Origin: Nitrososphaerota archaeon
GTDB taxonomy: Archaea > Thermoproteota > Nitrososphaeria > Nitrososphaerales > Nitrosopumilaceae
Length of the DNA stretch: 27,693 nt
Reading direction: 5' to 3'
Assembly (NCBI GenBank): GCA_022564515.1
Contig: JADFLH010000018.1
Span: 1-27,693, forward strand
Part shown: positions 8,419 to 17,904 of the stretch, one piece after another
How positions within the stretch are numbered: the stretch's first letter is position 1
How the letters are laid out: the number at the start of each line of letters is the position of its first letter
Translations under genes and position numbers: made by a program
Notes under the pieces: generated by a model
Seen by the model: only the letters and a program-made list of their open reading frames with translations
The model's database searches: none
What the model was told of the DNA's origin: nothing

Positions 8419-9467
8419 ACTTTTTTGGCAAATTGTTCTTGAAGTGCTTTTTTCTTTTCTTCCATGTGGAATAGCCCTTCAGCATGTTTGAATGCTTCTT
8501 CATAAGGTCTTTGGAATAACATTGCTTGCATCAGCATATGGTTTTCAGGAATAACGATTCCTGTTTGATCATCAGAGTACATCAATTTGACTGTGTCTTC
8601 TATGGATTCAATCATGTTTGCATGAATATGAACCATGTTTGTATCTGTAAAACTGAAATTCATTGTATTAGCAAAGTCTCTAACCTCTTTGGTGCCTTTT
8701 GCGGTCCACAAGGTGACCACCCCATATTCATTCTTGAAAATTTCTAAAATTTCAGAAGGTTTTGGTGCCTTATCTTTGAATCTAATGTCAACTATGTGTA
8801 AGTGCATCTGTCTTGTTGGAACTTTAATTGCACGCAAAAAAAGTGGGGTCTCTTTGCCAAGATAGCTTTTTACATCGTCAGCATGATGCGGATTTTCACT
8901 CCATTCAATGGTGTCTTTAAGATCTATGTTTGTTTGTTCAATGTCCGCCCATCTTCGAACTAGAATAACATCAAATCTTACTAATCTGTCACCATATTTT
9001 TCACGAAGAGGCTGAAGAATTCGTCCAATTCCAGTAACATTACAGCTTCCTTGCATAACGTGTTTTTTTCCAAACGCCTTAGTGTAATTCACTCTAGAAT
9101 TAAAAAGCAAGTCGGAAACTGCCTTTTCTCCATAGATTGTTTCACCTCCCTGATAAATTGCCATAAGCTTTTTTGGTTCGTAGAGATTTTTTTTGTTTAT
9201 ATAACCATTGCCGCTTGGAGCGGCATCAATAACTAAATCACAATCATTTAATGCAGATTCTATGCTGCCAACAATTTTAAAATTTCTAAAAGTGTCTAAT
9301 TTTTTTTCTGGAACAAAAACATCTAAACCACGAGAAATCGCAACATTCACTTTTTCATCCGGAGAATATTTTCCTACACCAATAACTTGAATCTCTGGAT
9401 CGTCTTTGATAAAAGAAGTGATTCTGCTACCAATAACACCATAACCATTTACAAAGACCTTCTTCAT
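8415..9467 (-). CDS. gap: Glyceraldehyde-3-phosphate dehydrogenase, archaeal (type II) form
   Basis: 350 aa. Rossmann start VNGYGVIGSR and catalytic-Cys motif GSCNVTG. Length and layout are typical of archaeal phosphorylating GAPDH. Confidence 0.9.
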   Translation of the reverse strand: MKKVFVNGYGVIGSRITSFIKDDPEIQVIGVGKYSPDEKVNVAISRGLDVFVPEKKLDTFRNFKIVGSIESALNDCDLVIDAAPSGNGYINKKNLYEPKKLMAIYQGGETIYGEKAVSDLLFNSRVNYTKAFGKKHVMQGSCNVTGIGRILQPLREKYGDRLVRFDVILVRRWADIEQTNIDLKDTIEWSENPHHADDVKSYLGKETPLFLRAIKVPTRQMHLHIVDIRFKDKAPKPSEILEIFKNEYGVVTLWTAKGTKEVRDFANTMNFSFTDTNMVHIHANMIESIEDTVKLMYSDDQTGIVIPENHMLMQAMLFQRPYEEAFKHAEGLFHMEEKKKALQEQFAKKV

Positions 9468-9654
9468 GATTTCATTTCAGGCAGGACATTTATTTAGATA
9501 TGTGGCGAAAATTAAGTAACGAAATTAGATATATTACTATAATATTGCCTTTGTTTTGTTTACTTGGGTTACTAGAATAACCGCAAAACTTTCGTATTGT
9601 TACCTATGGCACCAATAATACTAAATGTTAAGAAAATTGTAAATCTAGTAAATC

Positions 9655-9975
9655 TTGATTAATCTGGGAAAAATTTTCCTTCAACTTGGATTTGTTTGTA
9701 CCGGTAAAGATAATGAAAATCTTGAGACATTACAAAAGCAAATCCAAGAACGAATCAATTTTCTTAACGAACATAATATGAACAGTTACAATGATCTCAA
9801 ACTATTAGAGTATTACGAACTGTACAATCAAATTCAGCAATGTATTTTTCAGGATCACACCGATCAATACTTGCTTATTGCAGGAATTATTATAGGCATT
9901 TCTCTTTTCGTTTACTTTCGTTGGTGGATGATAAAGAAAGGAGAGTCTAAAAAGAAGTTAAATTTCAAGGAATAA
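9655..9975 (+). CDS. Hypothetical small protein with a C-terminal TM helix
   Basis: 106-aa ORF from a TTG. The true start may be the internal Met (MNSYNDL...). TM segment LLIAGIIIGISLFVYF is followed by a basic tail. Confidence 0.35.
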   Translation: MINLGKIFLQLGFVCTGKDNENLETLQKQIQERINFLNEHNMNSYNDLKLLEYYELYNQIQQCIFQDHTDQYLLIAGIIIGISLFVYFRWWMIKKGESKKKLNFKE

Positions 9976-10200
9976 TTCTTCTCTTTTCTATTCCAACAAA
10001 CAAACTCAATACTATAATGTGGATTATGATTATTTTTTACGCATGAGAGGAGGGCAATCTATTTTTACTCCTTGTCAATGAATTCGTTAGGACTTTTGAG
10101 AAATAAATGTCAAATTAGACCATTTTGTTAGATTTAATTGAAAATAATGTTGCTTTGAAAATTACAAAAGGATAAATTTCATTCATAAATCAACTGAACA

Positions 10201-10941
10201 ATGAAATTACAAGGTACATCACTTGGAATTGGTGCAGGAGTTGCAGTTGTAGCTATCATAGCTGCATTTTTTGCATTTAATATTATGTCCGAAGAAAAGC
10301 AACTAGCATTTATTCAAATTGATAGCCAAAAACAAGAAACAATTTTAGAACAAGCTGAAAGCATAAAACAAGAACCACAAAAAATACATGCGTCTGTCCT
10401 TATAGAAAATGGTTCACCATATCTTGGTGATCCTGCAGCTCCTATAACATTGGTTGAATTTGGAGATTACCAGTGCTTTTTTTGCAACAAATTCTTTCAC
10501 ACCACAGAGCAAGATATCTTATCAAACTATGTTGAAAATGGTAAAGTAAAAATCATCTTTAAAGATTTTACAATCATCGGTCCTGATTCTGTAACTGCTG
10601 CTCATGCGGCTCATTGTGCAGATGATCAAGGAAAGTTTTGGAAATATCATGATATTTTGTACAATAATTGGACAGGAGAAAATAATGGATGGGCAAGTTC
10701 TGAGAATCTTCATCGATTTGCTCAGAATGTTGGATTAGATATTAATGAATTCTCAGAATGTATGAAGAGTGAAATTCATAAACCATTAATCGCTGCTAGT
10801 GTTGAGGATGCTAAAACCCTAGGACTTACAGGCACGCCTGGCTTTTTCGTAATAGGGGTTGATAATCAAATTACAAAGATCCCTGGGGCACAACCATATA
10901 GTGTATTTGAAAGTATTTTTGATTCAGAGCTAGAAAAGTAA
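10201..10941 (+). CDS. Membrane-anchored DsbA-family thiol:disulfide oxidoreductase
   Basis: 246 aa. N-terminal TM anchor, thioredoxin-fold active site GDYQCFFCNKF, and a DsbA-like helical insertion plus C-terminal GTPGFFV motif. Confidence 0.85.
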   Translation: MKLQGTSLGIGAGVAVVAIIAAFFAFNIMSEEKQLAFIQIDSQKQETILEQAESIKQEPQKIHASVLIENGSPYLGDPAAPITLVEFGDYQCFFCNKFFHTTEQDILSNYVENGKVKIIFKDFTIIGPDSVTAAHAAHCADDQGKFWKYHDILYNNWTGENNGWASSENLHRFAQNVGLDINEFSECMKSEIHKPLIAASVEDAKTLGLTGTPGFFVIGVDNQITKIPGAQPYSVFESIFDSELEK

Positions 10942-11050
10942 AGGATTTGGCTAAATACACTAAAAAGTTATTAAAAAAATTGCATATTTTTCCTTCTATG
11001 TGTTAAAATTAACTCAATAACCTTATATGACCATTCTCGAAGGCTAGCTC

Positions 11051-12445
11051 ATGGTAGCTGGAATTGACGATATGGCAGTATACATACCTAGACTCTATGT
11101 AGCTGCATCTGATTTGGCAAAAGCTCGAGGAATAGACCCCGCTAAGCTAGAAAAAGGCCTCGGCATCTCTAAGATGGCAATAGTTGATACCAACCAGGAT
11201 CCTGCATGTCTTGCAGCTAATGCTTGTCTAAAAATTATGCAGAAAAACAAGCTATCACCTGAAGACATCGGTAGGCTATATGTTTCCACAGAATCAGCAT
11301 TCGATGAATCAAAAGCGATGAATTCGTATGTAATCGGAATGCTAGAACAGATCTATGGTTCTGGCTCATTTGAGCATTGTGGCGGTATTGAAACAAAATT
11401 TGCTTGCGTATCTGGCTCATATGCATTATATGATAACACAAACTGGATAAGAGCTGGTGAGGCTGAAGGAAAATATGCAATAGTTGTAGTGTCAGACATC
11501 GCAAAATATGATTTAGGTTCATCTGGGGAAGCAACACAAGGAGCAGGAGCTATATCCATGTTACTAAATGATTCACCAAGATTATTAGCATTCGATCCTA
11601 AAGTTACATCAACAAGCATAAAAGATGATTATGATTTTTACAGGCCGTTTGGAAAAGAAACCCCAATCGTTCATGGCCAATACTCAAACCTACTTTATTT
11701 CATTCAGATAAGGAAAGCCTTTGAGGCCTGGAAAAAAAAAGTGATTTCGTCTGGATTGATCGAAGTTGGCGAGGATGAAACAGTTCTGGATCATATTGAT
11801 TATCTAAATATGCATCTTCCATATTCAACCATGGGCAAAAAGGCTCTTGCATATTTATTGCGTCATGAATGGCGCTGTCTTCCAAGATGGCAAACACTAA
11901 TTGACAAGATTGGATTAACAGAACCATATCCAAAAGATCCACGTGGTACTATTGAATCACTTCTTAACGACCGAGAATTCATGGAAAAAGACCATGAATT
12001 TACAAAACGCTTTACACAAACTGAAGAATTCCAGGAATTATATGAATCAAAACTTGCAAGCTCTCTCATAGCTTCAAAGGCGATTGGCAATCTTTACACC
12101 GCATCTCTATATCTTGGATTTAGAAGCTGTTTAGAATTTGAGTTTCAAAATGGAGTTGACTTGGCTGGAAAGAGAATTGGATTTGGATCTTATGGATCTG
12201 GTGCAAGTGCAATGGTCTTTAGTGGGGTTATTCAACCAGAATATAAGGCAGTAGTAAAAGACATGAATATTGAAACTGAGATTGGAACGAGAGAGAAGCT
12301 TTCTTTTGAAAATTACGAAATGATTCACGAAAACAAACTTTCCCTAGATCAAGCACTTTTGACTCCTAAGAAGGAATTTGTCTTAGTTAGGATTGAAACA
12401 AAACCTGAAACAAGGGGCGAACGTCGGTATATATTCAATGAATAG
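11051..12445 (+). CDS. Hydroxymethylglutaryl-CoA synthase (mevalonate pathway)
   Basis: 464 aa. HMGCS catalytic signatures: VSTESAFDESKA (Glu), KFACVSGSYAL (Cys), NMHLPYSTMGKKA (His), GSYGSGA near the C-terminus. Confidence 0.9.
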   Translation: MVAGIDDMAVYIPRLYVAASDLAKARGIDPAKLEKGLGISKMAIVDTNQDPACLAANACLKIMQKNKLSPEDIGRLYVSTESAFDESKAMNSYVIGMLEQIYGSGSFEHCGGIETKFACVSGSYALYDNTNWIRAGEAEGKYAIVVVSDIAKYDLGSSGEATQGAGAISMLLNDSPRLLAFDPKVTSTSIKDDYDFYRPFGKETPIVHGQYSNLLYFIQIRKAFEAWKKKVISSGLIEVGEDETVLDHIDYLNMHLPYSTMGKKALAYLLRHEWRCLPRWQTLIDKIGLTEPYPKDPRGTIESLLNDREFMEKDHEFTKRFTQTEEFQELYESKLASSLIASKAIGNLYTASLYLGFRSCLEFEFQNGVDLAGKRIGFGSYGSGASAMVFSGVIQPEYKAVVKDMNIETEIGTREKLSFENYEMIHENKLSLDQALLTPKKEFVLVRIETKPETRGERRYIFNE

Positions 12446-12642
12446 AATTTAGAAATTGTTTAATGCCTTAAGAAAATCCTGTAAAGAAAATTCCTTATAA
12501 TTAATTTCAAAAAACATGATTCTAATTTACTTAAAAGAATTAACTAAAAATAAAAGATTCACTACACAAAAGAAAACATTTGGCTTTGTTCATAAAAGAA
12601 ATTTGATGTTAACAAAAAGATTTTATTTAAAAAAGAAATTAC

Positions 12643-13332
12643 TTAATTTAGGATTTTTAAATTAAATTTAGTTTGAAAGATGTTTGCTATTTGATCAATA
12701 TCCAAAGTCTTAAAAAAAGGAACTGTTCCTAAAACCGAAAATCCTGTAACATCTTCAATATCATCTTTTAAAACATTAACATCATAACCATCCAAATCAA
12801 TTTGATTTATTATAATTCCCCTTACATGTATACTGTATTTTTTTGCCATTTTACAGGTCATAATAGTATGATTTAATGTTCCAATTCTTGTTCTTGTTAC
12901 TATGATGGTTTCTAAATTTAGATCATTTATCAAATTTGTTACGTAATAATTTTTCAAAATTGGCGTCATTATTCCGCCCATACCTTCTACAAGCATGAAA
13001 TCATGAATCGATGACAATTTTTTGAAATTTTGTAAAATTAAATCAACATTAACTTTTACATGAACTTCAGAATTTTTCATTGCAGTATAAGGTGATGCAG
13101 GAATTGGAAAAAATTGTGGATTAACTAAATTTTCAGGATCATTAACTTTCGCTGCCCTTGATAAAATTTCAACATCTTTTGATTTAAAACCAGTTTTTTG
13201 TAAAGTCCCGGCTGCAAAAGGCTTCATAATCCCAATGTTAACGCCCATATTTCGAAAAGCCCTAGCTAAACCGGCAATAATCCATGTTTTTCCAACATCG
13301 GTATCCGTTCCAGTGATAAAGTATGATTTCAA
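12643..13332 (-). CDS. bioD: Dethiobiotin synthase
   Basis: 229 aa. P-loop GTDTDVGKT, EGMGG motif. Divergent from bioA. Confidence 0.9.
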   Translation of the reverse strand: MKSYFITGTDTDVGKTWIIAGLARAFRNMGVNIGIMKPFAAGTLQKTGFKSKDVEILSRAAKVNDPENLVNPQFFPIPASPYTAMKNSEVHVKVNVDLILQNFKKLSSIHDFMLVEGMGGIMTPILKNYYVTNLINDLNLETIIVTRTRIGTLNHTIMTCKMAKKYSIHVRGIIINQIDLDGYDVNVLKDDIEDVTGFSVLGTVPFFKTLDIDQIANIFQTKFNLKILN

Positions 13333-13409
13333 TACAAATGCTGATGGTTTTTTTGTAGATTAAGCTTTTATCGTTTGGTTATTAAGATGACTCAAAATAC
13401 TATCGATGA

Positions 13410-14723
13410 ATGAAACAAGATAGTTTTGTCTGGCATCCAAATACTCAGATGTCTGAGTGGAACTCTTTCGATAAAATAGTTCGAGGTCAAGGAATGTGGT
13501 TGATTGATTCTCAAGGCAATAAACTCCTAGATGGAGTGGCGAGTATGTGGTGCAATGTTTGGGGGCATTCTAAAAGAGAGCTGATCAGAACAATCATATA
13601 TCAATCAAAAAAACTTCAACACTCTTCACTGTTTAACTTAACAAATGAGCCTGCTGAAAAACTTGCATCAAAACTTGTAATAATTTCTCCTGGCATGTAC
13701 AAAGTATTCTACTCTGATAACGGGTCTACGGCAATGGAGATTGCATTCAAAATTGCTTTACAGTACTGGATAAACAAAAACATTAAAAATAAAACAAAAA
13801 TTGCAACATTAGAAAACGGTTATCATGGAGATACATTTGGTGCAATGTCGGTGGGATACATTCCAGAGTTTTTCTCAAAATTTAAGTCAAAGCTTTTTTC
13901 TACAATCCGAATTCCTGTTCCTAACAAATATCGATTGCCAAAAGGGTACACATATTCTGAATTCAAAAACTATTGTCTAAATAAATTAGAAAAATTATTT
14001 TTAAAAGATAATTCGATTGCAGCATTTGTTATGGAAAGCGGCGCTCAAGTTGCTGGAGGAGTAATAATTTATCCTGTCAATTTTCAAAAAAAGATTAGCA
14101 AAATTTGCAAAAAGTATGGTGTTTTACTTATTGTAGATGAAGTCGCAACAGGATTTGGGAGGTTAGGATCAATGATCCAATATAAGGCACAAGATAGTCA
14201 ACCAGATATTATCGCTTTTGGAAAAATGTTAACTGGCGGTTATCTTCCCATGGCAGCTACTTTGACAACAAAAAAAGTATATGATTCGTTTTTAGGTGAA
14301 TTTCATGACTTTAAACATCTATTTCATGGACACACCTATACTGGAAATCCAATTGCAGCTACTTTAGCGAATGAGAATTTGAAATTATATGAAAAATTCA
14401 AACTAATTGAAAAAATCCAAATAACCTCTAAAATCTTTGAAAAGTATTATTCTGAAATATTGGAGCTAAAGCATGTGGGTGACATTAGACATAAAGGCAT
14501 GCTTATGGGAATAGAAATTGTAGACGAAAAAAGGAGAAAAATCCCATTTTCTTCTAATAAATCATTAAACAAGATTGTGTTTGAAAAAGGAAAAAAACAT
14601 GGGATTTACTTAAGAACACTTGAAAACATAGTGATGCTTGTTCCCCCACTTGCAATTTCTCACAAGGATCTGAATTTACTAATCCAAAGAACCATTGAAA
14701 CGATAAAAACATTGGAACATTAG
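13410..14723 (+). CDS. bioA: Adenosylmethionine-8-amino-7-oxononanoate aminotransferase
   Basis: 437 aa. N-terminal WHP motif, class-III aminotransferase DEVATGFGR, PLP-Lys FGKMLTGGYLPMAA. Confidence 0.9.
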   Translation: MKQDSFVWHPNTQMSEWNSFDKIVRGQGMWLIDSQGNKLLDGVASMWCNVWGHSKRELIRTIIYQSKKLQHSSLFNLTNEPAEKLASKLVIISPGMYKVFYSDNGSTAMEIAFKIALQYWINKNIKNKTKIATLENGYHGDTFGAMSVGYIPEFFSKFKSKLFSTIRIPVPNKYRLPKGYTYSEFKNYCLNKLEKLFLKDNSIAAFVMESGAQVAGGVIIYPVNFQKKISKICKKYGVLLIVDEVATGFGRLGSMIQYKAQDSQPDIIAFGKMLTGGYLPMAATLTTKKVYDSFLGEFHDFKHLFHGHTYTGNPIAATLANENLKLYEKFKLIEKIQITSKIFEKYYSEILELKHVGDIRHKGMLMGIEIVDEKRRKIPFSSNKSLNKIVFEKGKKHGIYLRTLENIVMLVPPLAISHKDLNLLIQRTIETIKTLEH

Positions 14724-14764
14724 AATTTCATTTTTAATCAATAATTCAAAAAAGTATTTCATAG

Positions 14765-14780
14765 AATTTCATATGAAATT
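14765..14780. promoter_or_regulatory. Perfect 16-bp palindrome AATTTCATATGAAATT upstream of bioB (candidate operator)
   Basis: Self-complementary as read. Lies in the 146-bp bioA-bioB spacer, ~90 nt upstream of the bioB TTG. Confidence 0.25.
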
Positions 14781-14869
14781 TTAGCAATTATAGGTAAACC
14801 AAATAAATAACAATGGTTAACAATTACAATAATATTATTTAGAATAATAAGAATCAATCAGGTGACAAA

Positions 14870-15844
14870 TTGGAACAAAAAATTATCAATAAGTGTAAAG
14901 AAAAGGTGTTATCAGAAATAAGAATAACTTTTCATGAAGCAAATTCGCTCATCAATATTTCTGAAAAACATGTAAGAATTCTTGCAAGTGCAGCAAATGA
15001 GATAACTCGAAAATTTAATGGAATAAAGGTGGATGTTGAGCAGTTAAATAATATTAAAAAAAATGGATGTAGCGAAGATTGTATTTTTTGTGCACAATCA
15101 GCTTTTTATGATACACGAATCGAAAAGTATCAACTTCCTCCAGTATCTGAAATAGTTAAACAAGCTCAAAAAGCCAAAGATGATGGTGCTATATCATATT
15201 GTTTAGTTGCAGCTTGGAGAGAACCATCACCTAATGATTTTAAACAAGTTTGCCAAATAATTAATCAAATCAACAAAAATGTTGGAATCAAAGTTGATTG
15301 CAGCCTAGGCTTTCTAACTCCAAGTCAAGCAAAAAAACTAAAAGAACTCAAGGTACATCGGTATAATCATAATTTAGAAACTGCAAAATCAAAATTTCCA
15401 GAAATTTGTACTACACATACTTTTCAAGATAGGCTTAACACTCTAAAAATAGCTAGAAATGCAGGGCTCCAATTGTGTACCGGTGGGATTATTGGAATGG
15501 GTGAGACAAGAGCACAAAGATTAGAATTAATTTTTGATATTTTATCTATATGTCCAGAAGAAGTTACAATAAATATCCTAGTTCCAATGCCAGGTACCCC
15601 ATTAAAATATCAAACAAAGTTATCAACATCAGAAATTGTAAGAATGTTTGCTGTTCTTCGATTTTTGTTACCAAAATCTATTATCAAAATTTCAGGAGGA
15701 AGAGAAATAAATCTTGATGATGATGGTGAAGAACTACTCCAAAGTGGAGCCAACGGAATTATTACATCCGGATATCTTACTATGAGTGGAAACAATCCTA
15801 AAAATGACATTCAAATGATCAAGAAGATAGGTCTTGAAGTCTAA
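14870..15844 (+). CDS. bioB: Biotin synthase (radical SAM)
   Basis: 324 aa. CxxxCxxC cluster motif CSEDCIFC. Sits in a bio-cluster context. TTG start (no in-frame ATG before the radical-SAM motif). Confidence 0.9.
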   Translation: MEQKIINKCKEKVLSEIRITFHEANSLINISEKHVRILASAANEITRKFNGIKVDVEQLNNIKKNGCSEDCIFCAQSAFYDTRIEKYQLPPVSEIVKQAQKAKDDGAISYCLVAAWREPSPNDFKQVCQIINQINKNVGIKVDCSLGFLTPSQAKKLKELKVHRYNHNLETAKSKFPEICTTHTFQDRLNTLKIARNAGLQLCTGGIIGMGETRAQRLELIFDILSICPEEVTINILVPMPGTPLKYQTKLSTSEIVRMFAVLRFLLPKSIIKISGGREINLDDDGEELLQSGANGIITSGYLTMSGNNPKNDIQMIKKIGLEV

Positions 15845-16964
15845 GCTTAACTATATCCTACCACAACTTGAAAAAATTAAAAAAGAAAATCTTTACAGAC
15901 AATTACGTTTTGGGTATGTAGAAAGAGCCTTTATCATAATCAACAAGAAAAAGCTTCTCAATCTATGTTCAAATGACTATCTTGGAATGCCTACAACAAA
16001 ATTACCTTTAAAACAAATGCAATCCAGTTCACGTCTTGTTTCAGGAAATGACGCTTCTTTTGAAATTCTAGAAAAAAAACTTGCAAAACACAAATCACAA
16101 CAAGGAGCACTAATTTTTTCAAGTGGTTATATGGCAAATTTAGGTTCCATAACTACTATAATTAAAAAAAATGATTTAATTTTAAGTGATGAGTTTAATC
16201 ATGCAAGTATTATTGAGTCCTGTAAATTAGCAGGTGCTAGAGTTTTAGTGTATAAACATAACAACATAGACGAATTAAATTCAAAACTAAAACAAAAAAA
16301 TAAAAGAAAATTCATCATAACAGAGGGAATATTTAGTATGGATGGAGATTTTGCAAATCTCAAACAAATAACGGAAACCGCAGAAAAAAAAAACGCAATT
16401 ACCATTTTAGACGATGCTCATGGTGATTTCACTGTGGGACAAGATGGAAAAGGTTCAGCAAACCATTTTGGTGTTTCAAAAAAAATTGATTTGTATATCA
16501 GCAGTTTAAGTAAAGGTCTTGGATCATTTGGAGGATATATTACCTCTCAAAAAGAGCTCATTGATCTTTGTATTAACAAATCAAAGTCATTTATCTATAC
16601 TTCTGCACTTCCTTCTACTCTTGTAGAATACTCTCTCAATAGATTCAATTCAGATAGGGAAAAATATAGAAAAAAACTAGATACAAATATACACCATCTT
16701 TCATCAGGATTAAAGAAATTAGGTTATGAAATCAATTCACAGACTCACATAATTCCAATTATTATTGGAAAAGAAAAAACCACTCTTGATTTTGGAAGAT
16801 ATCTGTTCGAGCGTGGAATCTATTCGCAGCCAATACGATTTCCAACAGTCCCAAAAAATAAAGCCAGAATAAGAATATCGATTACTTCATGGTTTTCAAA
16901 AAATCAGATTGAGAAAATTTTAGATGTTTTTGATTCTGCTGGCCAGAGATTCAAGATGTTTTGA
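15834..16964 (+). CDS. bioF: 8-amino-7-oxononanoate synthase
   Basis: 376 aa. SNDYLGM, DDAHG, PLP-Lys SSLSKGLGSFGGY. TTG start overlapping the bioB 3' end by 11 nt. Confidence 0.9.
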   Translation: MKSKLNYILPQLEKIKKENLYRQLRFGYVERAFIIINKKKLLNLCSNDYLGMPTTKLPLKQMQSSSRLVSGNDASFEILEKKLAKHKSQQGALIFSSGYMANLGSITTIIKKNDLILSDEFNHASIIESCKLAGARVLVYKHNNIDELNSKLKQKNKRKFIITEGIFSMDGDFANLKQITETAEKKNAITILDDAHGDFTVGQDGKGSANHFGVSKKIDLYISSLSKGLGSFGGYITSQKELIDLCINKSKSFIYTSALPSTLVEYSLNRFNSDREKYRKKLDTNIHHLSSGLKKLGYEINSQTHIIPIIIGKEKTTLDFGRYLFERGIYSQPIRFPTVPKNKARIRISITSWFSKNQIEKILDVFDSAGQRFKMF

Positions 16965-17069
16965 TCATCTAGATAAATCAAAGCCACCAAACATTGGTGA
17001 ACCCAAAAAAAACGCAATTGTGATTATTGATCCAAGAAGAATTCCAACAATCACAAATCGTTTGTTCAT
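16965..17069 (-). CDS. Candidate single-TM mini-protein (34 aa)
   Basis: Hand-translated: MNKRFVIVGILLGSIITIAFFLGSPMFGGFDLSR. Basic N-terminus plus one hydrophobic helix. Its stop abuts the bioF stop (TGATCA). Confidence 0.3.
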   Translation of the reverse strand: MNKRFVIVGILLGSIITIAFFLGSPMFGGFDLSR

Positions 17070-17165
17070 TATCACAAATATTTTGTGCCTGAATAAAAAG
17101 CAATTGAACAACTTTTGAAAAAGATTTGGAAGAATGCTTTAATGATAAAATGCGGAGATTTACAC

Positions 17166-17900
17166 ATGGCTGAAGTAACCCTTGCCATAGCTGTCTTAGC
17201 AGGGCTGGGGTCGTTTGTGGCCCCATGTATACTGCCAATGATACCTGCTTTTCTGGCATACCTTTCAGGAACTACTATTATGGAACTTGCGGGTAAAGGT
17301 GAAGCTAAAACCATTTCTGTAAATAAAACCAACGTGATAATGAATACGGTATTTTTTGTTCTAGGCTTTACAGTTGTGTTTTCTACGTTCGGGGTGCTGA
17401 TTAATAGTGTACTGGGTAGTGCTGCTGGCGAATTTGTTGACGGATTCAACCAAATTGGGGGGGTAATAATAATTGGTTTTGGCGTTTTCATCATTCTAAG
17501 TACTAAACTAAAATCACTAAATATTGAAAAGAAATTCATTCCCAAAAGATCCAAAGCTAGCTATCCAATGTCATTTTTGTTTGGTTTGGCTTTTGCAGCT
17601 GGATGGACTCCGTGTGTTGGACCAATTTTGGGCACAATTCTAACACTAGCAACCACAACTCCGTCATTTGCATTCAACTTATTGCTTGCATATTCACTCG
17701 GATTAGGAATTCCATTTATTCTAATGGGCATATTCTTTTCAAGAGTAACTGGAATTATTCGAAAAATGAGTAAACATCTAAAATATTATTCAATTATTTT
17801 GGGAGGATTCATAGTTGTTTTAGGAATTTTGGTATTTACAAATCAGCTTGCATTAATTGCAAACTTTCCACTTCTTAATGAGCTTGTCTTGCTAGGATGA
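17166..17900 (+). CDS. ccdA: CcdA/DsbD-family cytochrome c biogenesis-type thiol-disulfide transmembrane electron transporter
   Basis: Multi-TM protein with the two conserved Cys motifs VAPCILPMIPAF and WTPCVGPILG. The ORF track starts at TTG 17115. ATG 17166 (MAEVTLAIAVL...) is the more plausible start. Confidence 0.85.
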   Translation: MAEVTLAIAVLAGLGSFVAPCILPMIPAFLAYLSGTTIMELAGKGEAKTISVNKTNVIMNTVFFVLGFTVVFSTFGVLINSVLGSAAGEFVDGFNQIGGVIIIGFGVFIILSTKLKSLNIEKKFIPKRSKASYPMSFLFGLAFAAGWTPCVGPILGTILTLATTTPSFAFNLLLAYSLGLGIPFILMGIFFSRVTGIIRKMSKHLKYYSIILGGFIVVLGILVFTNQLALIANFPLLNELVLLG

Positions 17901-17904
17901 ACAA

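Noticed and set aside
11095-12328. Series of minus-strand ORFs inside the HMG-CoA synthase gene
   Set aside because: They are antisense to a gene with clear catalytic motifs and show no independent support.
13387-13413. 8-codon uORF (MTQNTIDE) whose stop overlaps the bioA ATG
   Set aside because: It is too short to distinguish from chance in AT-rich DNA, and I can see no conservation evidence for it.
16924-17554. ORFs 16924-17118 (+), 16978-17259 (-) and 17072-17554 (-)
   Set aside because: They overlap the bioF 3' end or run antisense to ccdA. Their sequences lack motifs and are explained by the composition of the opposite strand.
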